The translations under genes were made by a program, and so were the position numbers. 24,242 bases of DNA from a virus (Duplodnaviria > Caudoviricetes), in the IMG/VR virus record IMGVR_UViG_3300037182_000015, positions 1 to 24,242 of that record, one strand, 5' to 3'. The notes beneath the pieces are model-generated. The model did not search any database and was not told the DNA's origin. It saw nothing but the letters and a program-made list of their open reading frames with translations. Below, piece by piece: positions 7,056-16,500 of the stretch (position 1 is the first letter of the stretch; the number at the start of each line of letters is the position of its first letter).

Positions 7056-10000
7056 TGGTAGGCACTGGATCTGACATCGTTGTTAAGTTCGGGGCAGACC
7101 TTACCCAACTTAAAGCGGGGATGGCTGAGGCGAAAGGTGAAGGCGAGGACTTAGGTAGCAGCTTAGGTAGTAAGTTAGGCAGCATCGGCACGATGGCTGC
7201 GGCAGGTGTCGGTGTTGCAGGTGTAGCAATTGCCGCATTCGCCGTAAAGTCTGCTGAGGATGTTGACGGCGCCTATAAATCTATAGAGAAACAAACCGGC
7301 GCAACTGGCACGGCACTTAATGGCTTAAAGGGATCGTTCAACACTGTTTTTGGTAACTTCCCTATAAGTTCTGCTGACGCCGCCACTGCGGTCTCTACGG
7401 TCTATGACCGACTTAAAGATATGCAGGGCGGCGTACCGCCAACGCAAGCAGCGGTCACATCACTTACGTCTGCTTTTGAAGAGTTCGCCACGGTAACAGG
7501 CACAAGCGTGGCGACAGATACCGACCAGTTAATGAAGACCTTTGCACAGTTTCATGAACCAGCGTCCAGTATGGCGGCGTCACTTAACGACATTACCCAA
7601 GCTTCGCAGTACGCTCACATCCCAGTCTCTCAGCTACAAAGTGATATGATAAAGGCCGGGCCGACATATGCGGCAGCCGGTGTTAGCGTCGATGATATGA
7701 CCGCATCGATTGCTCAGATGGACAGCTCAGGGGTTAAATCAAGAACCGCTATAAGTGGCCTAAACACGGGGATGGCGGCGCTTGAAAAGAGCGGCGATAC
7801 ATCAAAGCAGGCGTTCTCTACACTCACTCAAGAGCTAGACAAATATGCTACAACGGGGGTAAAGACTGGTGAGGTGTCGAAACTTAGTGGAACCGCTCTA
7901 GTACAGCTAACTGCCGCAGCAAAATCCGGGGCGTTTGACTTTGATACCCTGACGGGTAAGATGTACACGAATTCCGGTGCTATGGAGAAATCGTATGAAG
8001 ATACGCGAACTTTTTCACAACGACTAGACATATTCAAAAACAAACTCGAACTAGCATTTGCCCCGTTAGGTGAGTCTATAATTGGTTTACTAGAAAGCTT
8101 CCTTGCTGCTATTACGCCGCTTCTACCTATTATCACTTCTTTAGTAACTGTATTTACTAGTTTACCGATGCCTATACAGATGATCGGTATGGCCTTCATA
8201 GGACTAGTCGGCGGTGTCGGCGCGTTACAGATGGTGCTCAAACTGTTTGATATGAGTATCACGAAACTACCTGCGGATATCGCAAAGGTTACTTCTGCGC
8301 TGAAGGATATGAACCTACAGAGTAAAGTGACTAACCTAGTCGCGCCAAAAGTTGGCGGGGGGGGCGCAGCGGGTGAAGCAGCTGAAGGCGCAGAAGTGGC
8401 AGAAGGCGGCGGCGCGGCGGGTGAAGCGGAAGGCGTCGCAACAGGGCTCGGTGCTGCTGCGGGTGAAGGTGGCATACTTGCAGGCGTTCTCGCACCGATA
8501 ACAGCTCTTCTCGGTGGCATGCTGGCACCTATAATGGGCACAGTTACTGGTATTGCCGGCGCAGTAACAAGTGGTGGAAGCTTCCTTGAAATTATTGGAA
8601 GTATCGCAATGGCATTTAACCCCATAACTATAGCTATCGCGGCGATAGGTGCGGGGTTCATGTTGTTGTATGCGACATCAAATACTTTTAGAACCTCAAT
8701 CGGCGCTCTTGTGAGTCAATTCATGTCTCTTCTCGGATGGGTCAAGGAACTCGTCGGAGACCTAACAAGCCTTAACTTCTCCAAGTTCTCGACTGATTTG
8801 GTCAGTGGGATCAAGGGCGGCCTTGATACTGTAAAGAACGATATAATGGGCCTCCCAGGAATGTTAGTCACAGCTATCGGGGAATCCGTCACGACGATAG
8901 GCGGCATCTTTGATAAGATCGGCGGCATGCTGATGGGTGCGTTCAACTCAGTTAAAAATATAGATTGGGGCGGTATGGTGAACGGACTGCTCACGGCGAT
9001 TGACAATGTCCTGACTGGCTTGCTTAACTTCGATCCGACCTCTATGATTAACAATATTATCAATGCGATAGGCGCAGCGTTTGACAGTCTCTTTGGTGGT
9101 GGTGGAGGTTCTTCAACAAGTCCGACGGGAACCAAAGTATCAGGCGGGATGAGCAAAGGACTAAGCGATGGCGTGAGCAAAGCAGGTCCAGACATACTCG
9201 GCAAACTCGGTGACGTCTTTGTAAAATTAATGGAATTGTTACCTACGATATTCATTAAAGTGGCTACCGCGCTAGGAGAAGCATTAGCAAAGGTTGATTT
9301 GGGACAAATAGGCGGTAAAATATTAACTGCCATGGAGACTGCATTTGTCACATTCTGGAGCACTGTCGGGGCGATTGTTCCTAAGATAGGCGGCTGGATG
9401 CTCAGCGCGTTCGTTACATTTTGGTCAGCGGTACCCGGATACCTCTCACAGATAGGCGGCTGGATGCTTAATGCATTTAAAACAGTCTGGGGGCCGGTTG
9501 GAAACGACCTAAAGAATGCCCTTATGGGTGCATTAGGTGGTATTGGCGCAGCGTTGGGGGGGGCCTTTGACTCCCTAAAAAAGATAGACTGGGGCGGCGC
9601 TATTTTAAATCTCTTTAAACTGCTTGGGTCTATGGGCGTCGCATTAGGGACAGCCCTCTTAAATGCTTTTAAAATGGTTAATTGGTTACAGATATTCACT
9701 CTTATCTTCGTTACATTAGTATATTTTGGACAGGCAATTCTCAAGGCACTTACAGGGATTGATTGGGGAGGCGCGTTGCTTAAACTGTGGACCGCGCTTA
9801 GCACGGGGTTCGACAAGGTTCTCAACATACTCGAAACGAGGGACTGGGGTGGAATGGCTTTGGCTATATGGAACGCACTCATTGCCAAACTAACGGGTAT
9901 AGTCAACTGGTTTAAAGGTCTAGATTGGGGTGGTTATGCGACTACAGTTTGGAACGCCCTTACTGGCGCGATAGGTGGTATGGTAACGTGGTTACAAGGG

Positions 10001-10753
10001 TTGCCATGGGCAACATGGGCGACAGACCTATGGAACGCCCTTACTGGCGCGATAGGTGGTATGGTAACGTGGCTCAAAGGGTTGCCGTGGGCTGATTGGG
10101 CGACAGGCCTTTGGAACGATATCGTATCTGCACTCGGTGGATTCGGTACGTGGTTACTCACTGCGGCGGAAGGCTTTTTCACTGGATTGCCTGGTAAGAT
10201 CACAAGCGCCGTATCAGGATTTGGTGATTGGTTACTCACTGGCGCCGCCGGATTCTTCACCGGGCTTCCCGGAGGGATTAAGGGACAGATAGGCGGACTT
10301 GGTGACTGGTTAACGACGGCGGCGGCGGGATTCTTCACCGGGATTCCCGGAGCATTTCAAAGTGCCTTAGGGCAGGTTCATGTTACGCTTGATACCACCC
10401 CCCCGTTCTTACACATATCATTAGGCGCTGAGGGTGCTTTAGTACCTGCTAAGCCGGGCGGGTCACTATACCTCCTGGGTGAAGCGAACGAAGAAGAACT
10501 CGTAGTACCCCGCAGGCGATGGGGTGAAGATTGGAGTTCGCTTGTCGCATCATATGGTGGGTCGTTCGCGTCTGGGGGCATCGTAGGCAGTACCAACACA
10601 CCTAGCGGAACGGTTCGAACATCTCAGACCTCATCATCCTCACAAACTATCAATTATAATACATACGTCAGTGTGGACTCAGAAAACGTAACAAGAAAGG
10701 TGCTTATGTCAAATCTTGAACTGGAGAGATACCACCATATGAACGGGTTTTAA
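7055..10753 (+). CDS. tail tape measure protein, 1232 aa
   Basis: GTG start after GGGGTGA. Ala/Gly-rich helical protein with N-terminal 'IVVKFGAD', hydrophobic segments, Trp/Phe-spaced repeats and a C-terminal 'GE...E.VVP / FASGGIV' motif. Confidence 0.95.
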   Translation: MVGTGSDIVVKFGADLTQLKAGMAEAKGEGEDLGSSLGSKLGSIGTMAAAGVGVAGVAIAAFAVKSAEDVDGAYKSIEKQTGATGTALNGLKGSFNTVFGNFPISSADAATAVSTVYDRLKDMQGGVPPTQAAVTSLTSAFEEFATVTGTSVATDTDQLMKTFAQFHEPASSMAASLNDITQASQYAHIPVSQLQSDMIKAGPTYAAAGVSVDDMTASIAQMDSSGVKSRTAISGLNTGMAALEKSGDTSKQAFSTLTQELDKYATTGVKTGEVSKLSGTALVQLTAAAKSGAFDFDTLTGKMYTNSGAMEKSYEDTRTFSQRLDIFKNKLELAFAPLGESIIGLLESFLAAITPLLPIITSLVTVFTSLPMPIQMIGMAFIGLVGGVGALQMVLKLFDMSITKLPADIAKVTSALKDMNLQSKVTNLVAPKVGGGGAAGEAAEGAEVAEGGGAAGEAEGVATGLGAAAGEGGILAGVLAPITALLGGMLAPIMGTVTGIAGAVTSGGSFLEIIGSIAMAFNPITIAIAAIGAGFMLLYATSNTFRTSIGALVSQFMSLLGWVKELVGDLTSLNFSKFSTDLVSGIKGGLDTVKNDIMGLPGMLVTAIGESVTTIGGIFDKIGGMLMGAFNSVKNIDWGGMVNGLLTAIDNVLTGLLNFDPTSMINNIINAIGAAFDSLFGGGGGSSTSPTGTKVSGGMSKGLSDGVSKAGPDILGKLGDVFVKLMELLPTIFIKVATALGEALAKVDLGQIGGKILTAMETAFVTFWSTVGAIVPKIGGWMLSAFVTFWSAVPGYLSQIGGWMLNAFKTVWGPVGNDLKNALMGALGGIGAALGGAFDSLKKIDWGGAILNLFKLLGSMGVALGTALLNAFKMVNWLQIFTLIFVTLVYFGQAILKALTGIDWGGALLKLWTALSTGFDKVLNILETRDWGGMALAIWNALIAKLTGIVNWFKGLDWGGYATTVWNALTGAIGGMVTWLQGLPWATWATDLWNALTGAIGGMVTWLKGLPWADWATGLWNDIVSALGGFGTWLLTAAEGFFTGLPGKITSAVSGFGDWLLTGAAGFFTGLPGGIKGQIGGLGDWLTTAAAGFFTGIPGAFQSALGQVHVTLDTTPPFLHISLGAEGALVPAKPGGSLYLLGEANEEELVVPRRRWGEDWSSLVASYGGSFASGGIVGSTNTPSGTVRTSQTSSSSQTINYNTYVSVDSENVTRKVLMSNLELERYHHMNGF
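9950..10072 (+). repeat. exact 42-bp direct repeat within the tape measure gene (81-bp period)
   Basis: TGGAACGCCCTTACTGGCGCGATAGGTGGTATGGTAACGTGG occurs at 9950-9991 and 10031-10072. Confidence 0.95.
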
Positions 10754-10755
10754 TC

Positions 10756-13700
10756 ATGGCAGAAGTATGGAAGTTATACACGGCAGATGGTCAAGTCTAC
10801 AACTTCAATGTTCAAGGCAACGACCCGAATGCTATACTTTATGATGACGTTTACAACTTACTAATCGGAACTACCGGACACCACGGCCTCCCTTATACAA
10901 TACTATCTGATCCTGTTCCAAACATCGCAGGAGCGGAGTTCCGTCAGAGGGTTGGCGCTGTTCGTCCCGTTTATTTGCCACTTAGGATCACGGGTCAAAA
11001 TCCCGCGGACTTCCATCGAAACTTTGAGAGGATTAGAAATTCTATAACACAAGTTGACGAACACCAGCTTTGGGTCACTAACGAAGAGGGTGAAACCAGG
11101 GTATTGTATTGCAGGTACCTAAAGGGGTTCGAGACAACCGTTGATGATGATAAACGAAGCCGCTTAACGGTTAATGTTCCACTCTATGTTGAAGCAGACG
11201 ATCCATACTGGTATGCTCCTCCAGGTGCTGAAATATCGCAGTCATTTTCGAGCGAACCCTGGAACTCTGACTTCCTTACATTCACAGAAGAGATTGCACT
11301 CTCTGCTGACGCGGCAACCGGCGATACGCGGCTCACGGTTACTAATACGGAGAACTGCGAAGCGGGGTTCCCGATCGAGATTCAAGGAAGTAAGGCGGTG
11401 TTGGGCCTCCTCCAAGCGGAACTATTGGCAGATAAAGAAAAAGAAACCGAAGATGAATTATCATTAAGCGTCCAGTCGTCAACAAATATCACCGTTTCAA
11501 CAGAGCAATCAAACGTTCAACTCAACCAGACGTTCCATGTATCAGGAACGCTTACCTCGCAGAGCCAAAACGTTTCGAATACAATGGTGTCAATCCAAGA
11601 GACTGATCCCAATGGTGTAACGACGAGTAGTATCTCTTTTACTAGTGGGACGGGCACCTATTATGTGACTAAGAATCTCAATATAAACGGGATATATACC
11701 TATGTAGCGTCATTCCTCGGCAGCGGAAGTCTTGCTCCATCTACTGCGTCAACGTCAATCACTGTCGGTACTGTCGCTGCGACAACGCTAACATTAACAG
11801 TCTCTCCAGGTAACCCGGCAGTTAGTACTAACTTCACATTATCCGGCACGCTTAAAGCGGGAGGCGTAGGAGTCTTAGGGCAAACAGTCACGATTTATAA
11901 GAACTCTCCGCGAGGCAAGACTAAGATAGCATCTGCCACTACAGATAAGAACGGTGCATACTCATTTACCCGTAAAGAAACTACCGCAGGGTGGGTCTCG
12001 TATCTTGCTAGTTATGCCGGAGATACGGTTACTACTATAGCAAAACAAGACCCGTCACTATCAACGTGGCTTACGTGGCTGTTTCAAAAGATATTCGGTG
12101 AGCTCGAAGGACAGGTCACGTATGGTTCATTTGCGGCTTCCAGTGCCTCGCTTATCGTGGCGATTGGAACATTCACGTATCATATCAATTATATGGCGGG
12201 CTTGCCGCCGAGTATGATAAACGACGGAGAAATACAATACTTTGGTTACAACGGCTTTATGGGTATTATCTGCATTGCCGAGGCTGGTTCTGATAATTAC
12301 TCTACAGAACTCGGCGTGATAACCGGACAAGGATTATGGCCTGCGATTGATATCTCAGTCGTTACAAATAATGATACGGCGCTTTCTGTCCATCATACGT
12401 GGCTTGCGTCACTCTACGCTGCAGGATGGCGCTACTTTATGGGTGGCAACTCTCACGGCAGAACTGGCGACCCCGCATATATAGCATCATTAGGGGCCGG
12501 AGCTGTGTATATCAATGACAACTCGTCTCCTCGAGGTACGGGCACGACACAACCTGACATCTCAGGAACAGGCGTGTATCATAATAGTTTCGATTGCTAC
12601 AACTCAAAGTCAATTCCTTACATCGAAACCTATACGACCTCTGCCTATTTGGCATCACCTAGCGTAAAAAGCGGACTAACTGCATACGTTCGACCTGACG
12701 ATTCAAGCGGCATTAACGGGATGCTTACTAACTCCGTTGCGGGAACCGCGCCGACGTACCGAGACATCTTTGATTGGAGTTATGTTAACCAGACTGGGAT
12801 GACTAACTTTGTCGTGTGGTTCGGGCCGAAATATAATGCGATAACTGCACGGGATAGTGAACCCGAACAACTTAGTCTTTATAAATCACTTCAATTCGAT
12901 CTCATCATTTCGGAACTTGCAAGTACCTATTACCCTGGAAGCAATCAGTTGGATATGGCCGGGACGCATTACGTGTGGACGCAACCGACACACAAAGCGG
13001 TTAGTCTTACAATGAACTACACTACGAGTCCCGCAGGGACGTGTGAGTTTACAGGCACATTAACGGAACTGAACACCGGCATAGCCGTCGCATCTGCAAC
13101 CGTCACTCTGTGGGAAGATGTAACAGGAACTTGGACACAACGGGCTACAACTACTACTGACAGCGCAGGGAACTATGATATTCCGTTTACAAGTACTGTA
13201 GGCATTCACACATTCAGGATTATGTACGCTGGAGATGCCACTCATATGGCATTCACGGCACCCTCAGCATTCGGTATTACCATGAACCTTTGCGTCGTTG
13301 ATCTCCTATCAGTTAAAGAGATGAATGAGATTTATTCCATTGATAGCCCAACCGTTCTAACATTGGTTAACCCACTTGCTAATAACTACACGGTTGCGAG
13401 TGAGGCGTACCTAGTCGAAGTCGATACTGAGGATTGTTTCCTCACTCCTGATCCCTCAACGACCCGCACCGTGAATCCGAACTGCACACTACTACAGATG
13501 TGGATACCTGGTTGCCCTCCTTGTTATAATGCAATGGCACAGCTAAACGCGCTAGTTGCAGATTACCCAAGCGTGACATATCTGCATGCCAATATCACAG
13601 AACAGTTACCCTACGGTCCAAGTAACAATTTTTACCCTTATAACGAACCCGGAGATATTGGCATGAACGCAGTTGCGATCCAGTATCCTTCAGCACTTCA

Positions 13701-14466
13701 ATTCGCACGCCCTAAGTCCGAAGGTGGTCAGTGTGGCCCTGCTCTTCCAGCATGGGGGCCGATGACCGTTATTGATGATATCATGCCTACGGTTATTGCA
13801 CTATATCGAAATGGGTTGTTTATCACGGCATGGTGCGGTGTGCATACAACAGGCGTAGACCCTGTCTCAACTGATACGATCCTGGACGCGTGCGGTCCGA
13901 TGCTTACCTGGCGACTTGGACAGAGCTACATCGGAAGTCAAGTCATCGTTAATAATAACGGTGATGTGATTGCATATCCTATCTGGACATTCACCGGCCC
14001 GGGAAGATCACCAACGCTTACTAACGTTACCACGGGCGACGTATTCCAACTGAACCACGACTTAGTAGCAGGCGAAGCTGTTGTCATAGATGCAACAGAA
14101 AACGCACACACGGTCGCGAGCACAAACTCCGCAACCTTTACTGGCGCAGGATATATGAAGAGTGAGACGTGTCCGACCTGTCACGGCACAGGCGTTATCC
14201 CGTCAGGATGCGCAACGTGCGGAGGGTGGGAGATATGTCCGACGTGCCACGGCTCGGGTGTAATCAGCGTGTGGGTTCCGGCATCTACTGGTAGTACTAC
14301 CGACATTGGGGGGATGAACAACCTTAGATTCGAGATGGACCCGAACGGCAATACGTTCTGGGGATTCCAACCCGGGGCGAACGTTATCACTGTTGAGATG
14401 GGCGTAGCCACGTATAACAAGAGCATAGCTAACCTAAGTTTAGTGCCGCGATATGAGGGTATCTAA
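10756..14466 (+). CDS. distal tail (Dit) protein with multiple inserted domains (three Ig-like, TIM-barrel-like, thioredoxin, DnaJ-type Zn finger)
   Basis: Directly follows the tape measure gene. Dit N-part: 'GAEFRQ...RPVYLPLRI...ETRVLYCRYLKG...EADDPYWY'. Dit C-part: 'VNNNGDVIAYPIWTFTGPG..PTLTN.TTG...L..GE.VVIDAT...FWGFQPGANVITV'. Confidence 0.85.
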   Translation: MAEVWKLYTADGQVYNFNVQGNDPNAILYDDVYNLLIGTTGHHGLPYTILSDPVPNIAGAEFRQRVGAVRPVYLPLRITGQNPADFHRNFERIRNSITQVDEHQLWVTNEEGETRVLYCRYLKGFETTVDDDKRSRLTVNVPLYVEADDPYWYAPPGAEISQSFSSEPWNSDFLTFTEEIALSADAATGDTRLTVTNTENCEAGFPIEIQGSKAVLGLLQAELLADKEKETEDELSLSVQSSTNITVSTEQSNVQLNQTFHVSGTLTSQSQNVSNTMVSIQETDPNGVTTSSISFTSGTGTYYVTKNLNINGIYTYVASFLGSGSLAPSTASTSITVGTVAATTLTLTVSPGNPAVSTNFTLSGTLKAGGVGVLGQTVTIYKNSPRGKTKIASATTDKNGAYSFTRKETTAGWVSYLASYAGDTVTTIAKQDPSLSTWLTWLFQKIFGELEGQVTYGSFAASSASLIVAIGTFTYHINYMAGLPPSMINDGEIQYFGYNGFMGIICIAEAGSDNYSTELGVITGQGLWPAIDISVVTNNDTALSVHHTWLASLYAAGWRYFMGGNSHGRTGDPAYIASLGAGAVYINDNSSPRGTGTTQPDISGTGVYHNSFDCYNSKSIPYIETYTTSAYLASPSVKSGLTAYVRPDDSSGINGMLTNSVAGTAPTYRDIFDWSYVNQTGMTNFVVWFGPKYNAITARDSEPEQLSLYKSLQFDLIISELASTYYPGSNQLDMAGTHYVWTQPTHKAVSLTMNYTTSPAGTCEFTGTLTELNTGIAVASATVTLWEDVTGTWTQRATTTTDSAGNYDIPFTSTVGIHTFRIMYAGDATHMAFTAPSAFGITMNLCVVDLLSVKEMNEIYSIDSPTVLTLVNPLANNYTVASEAYLVEVDTEDCFLTPDPSTTRTVNPNCTLLQMWIPGCPPCYNAMAQLNALVADYPSVTYLHANITEQLPYGPSNNFYPYNEPGDIGMNAVAIQYPSALQFARPKSEGGQCGPALPAWGPMTVIDDIMPTVIALYRNGLFITAWCGVHTTGVDPVSTDTILDACGPMLTWRLGQSYIGSQVIVNNNGDVIAYPIWTFTGPGRSPTLTNVTTGDVFQLNHDLVAGEAVVIDATENAHTVASTNSATFTGAGYMKSETCPTCHGTGVIPSGCATCGGWEICPTCHGSGVISVWVPASTGSTTDIGGMNNLRFEMDPNGNTFWGFQPGANVITVEMGVATYNKSIANLSLVPRYEGI

Positions 14467-16040
14467 TGCCCGGAAGTCCTTTAATAGAATCTGACTGTCA
14501 GATCATAATGCGTGATTCTAACCTGGAAGACATAGGCGAGATCACGCGATATACCCAATGGCAACATACGTTAAAACTGAATGAAGTCTCAAGCTGGGAA
14601 CTTGATATGCTCACCAGGGACTTCGAGAGCTACGACATTGACGTAAATACTGGCATACTATTCTACCGTGATGGAGAACTACTGATTGACGGGCCAATTA
14701 TGTCTAACGGGATTAAACACACGCTCCAGGCGGGCGTAGAAACAACGTCGATAATAGGCGGTTGTGATAATGCGTATCTAATGTCCCGTATCTGTTACCC
14801 CGTAGTCACCGGGCCGCTCTTTGATGCAGTAGCGGGAACCTGGAAGTTTGATGTTCAGCGTTCAGCGGTTGGTATATCAACGACCATTACAACCGGCTCA
14901 ACGGCAGGAGAAGAGTACGACGTACCTCTGGTAGTTGCTGATGCTGAGGGGTTCCTTGATGGTTCAACGGTTACATGGCTTGATCCTACTGGGGTCGCTC
15001 ATAGTAATTGGGATACGATCGAAGGCGGCTATGACGGCAACATGAGCGACCTGCGGTATTATAACAGTGCGGCTATGACTATGTCGGGCGTTGATTTTAG
15101 CACTAACACTATCACAATCGCGGTGCCACAACAATACCCTGCAATGCTCGCCCCGGCGTTTACTGGCGGTGCGTTATACCAAACATCCGGTGGAACCGTT
15201 GATGATCCGTTATACTTGGGATATGATACGCGAAGTGGCCCAGCAGATAATGTTGCGAAAGAGCTCGTTTATTTCAATGCTGGTCTTGGGGCGTGTTCGG
15301 ATCACTTCAGTACTCGGGCGATCCCATTTCTGAATACAGGGATGCCAACCGCACAGGGATTAACCGTGACTGCAAACTCGCGAGGCGAGAACCTACTTAC
15401 ACAGGTTCAAAACGTATGCCTTAGTGGTGGGGTAAACTTCAAAACCACGCAGATTAACGGAGAGTTAGTATTTGATACGTTTATGGGCAATGACTTAACA
15501 CAAGACGGCAACCTTATATTTAGCGTTGAGAGTGGCAACCTAAAAGAATACGTATACACATATGGGCCACCGACGGCTAATATGATATGGGGTTGTGGTC
15601 CTCAAACAGGCCCAGATAAACAAATGCTCCCTAGTGGAGATATTAATTCAATTCAACAGTACGGACGGTGGGAATCGTGGATCAGTGCAGCGACGGCGGT
15701 TGCGGGTGACACGCCTGCACAGATTGCCGCTAACATGGTTCAAACAAACAACCTCGCGCTTTCTCAGTCGGTTATCAATGGGCAACTTACGCTTACTATT
15801 CAAGAGACGGACCAGGTCAGGTATCCCAGAGACTTCGGACTTGGGGATAAAGTGCGTGTTATGGTCGGAACGATGCCTGTAGATGAAATTATTACAACTA
15901 TTATGTACTCACTCCCTTCAGGGACAAGTAGCGCGGCGCAGGGGTCGGCATTGATGGTTGCACTCACTAAACAAGAGACACGCGCGATGCAGGCTCAAAA
16001 AGCGACCTCGAAGTTGTTGCAGCAAATGCAGATGACTTAA
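14466..16040 (+). CDS. tail hub/tip protein, siphovirus ReqiPepy6 gp37-like
   Basis: Motifs 'LKLNEVSSWELD', 'GILFYRDGELLIDGPI', 'LIFSVESGNL', 'YGRWESW' and 'YPRDFGLGDKVRV'. Follows Dit. Confidence 0.85.
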   Translation: MPGSPLIESDCQIIMRDSNLEDIGEITRYTQWQHTLKLNEVSSWELDMLTRDFESYDIDVNTGILFYRDGELLIDGPIMSNGIKHTLQAGVETTSIIGGCDNAYLMSRICYPVVTGPLFDAVAGTWKFDVQRSAVGISTTITTGSTAGEEYDVPLVVADAEGFLDGSTVTWLDPTGVAHSNWDTIEGGYDGNMSDLRYYNSAAMTMSGVDFSTNTITIAVPQQYPAMLAPAFTGGALYQTSGGTVDDPLYLGYDTRSGPADNVAKELVYFNAGLGACSDHFSTRAIPFLNTGMPTAQGLTVTANSRGENLLTQVQNVCLSGGVNFKTTQINGELVFDTFMGNDLTQDGNLIFSVESGNLKEYVYTYGPPTANMIWGCGPQTGPDKQMLPSGDINSIQQYGRWESWISAATAVAGDTPAQIAANMVQTNNLALSQSVINGQLTLTIQETDQVRYPRDFGLGDKVRVMVGTMPVDEIITTIMYSLPSGTSSAAQGSALMVALTKQETRAMQAQKATSKLLQQMQMT

Positions 16041-16053
16041 GGATCTAAATAAA

Positions 16054-16500
16054 ATGCAATCAGCAAAAGAACCGGATTATAGAACTGCGGTCGCACAGTC
16101 AATTCTAAACGCTCGGAGCGACATCGGCGATGCACAGGAAGCGATTGGCGATAACACGGACGCTATTAACATGATCTGGACGTGGACGGAGAATATGAAT
16201 TTTAACCTCGGTGCGTGTTACGATTCAGACAAGGGCGACCATTATGTCTTTTCGGTTGGGCCTGATAGATTCTTATACCGGAATGTCTACTCAAATGCGC
16301 AGAACAAGTGGATCGGATGGGCGCAGATTTCAGATACAGGAGATTGGACTTCCGGTCCAACTGCGTATTATCAAAGCTCAGAGATCCACGTCTATATCGC
16401 TTCCGCTGCGAACTCGATAAAATACGGAGTACTCAGCACAGCAAGCTACTCTACCACGATACCGAGTTGGACAAGCTTAGGCGGAACGGACGGTCCGTGA
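16054..16500 (+). CDS. putative tail-tip protein with an N-terminal helix and two lectin-like beta-propeller blades
   Basis: 'HYVFSVGPDRFLY...WIGWAQI...WTSGPTA...IHVYI...WTSLGG' resembles fucose-lectin/PLL-type blade repeats. Confidence 0.6.
   Translation: MQSAKEPDYRTAVAQSILNARSDIGDAQEAIGDNTDAINMIWTWTENMNFNLGACYDSDKGDHYVFSVGPDRFLYRNVYSNAQNKWIGWAQISDTGDWTSGPTAYYQSSEIHVYIASAANSIKYGVLSTASYSTTIPSWTSLGGTDGP

Noticed and set aside
8357-9563. G8 tracts (8357-8364 and 9556-9563) as phase-variation sites
   Set aside because: They are explained by consecutive Gly codons in an essential gene whose frame is intact.
7828-10338. Long antisense ORFs (277, 396 and 134 aa) opposite the tape measure gene
   Set aside because: These are shadows of Ala/Gly/Ile-rich codons on the sense strand, with no RBS or recognisable motifs.
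10756-14466. Intein as the explanation for the oversized Dit
   Set aside because: No C/S...HN-C/S/T splice junctions or LAGLIDADG motifs were seen; the inserts look like surface domains.
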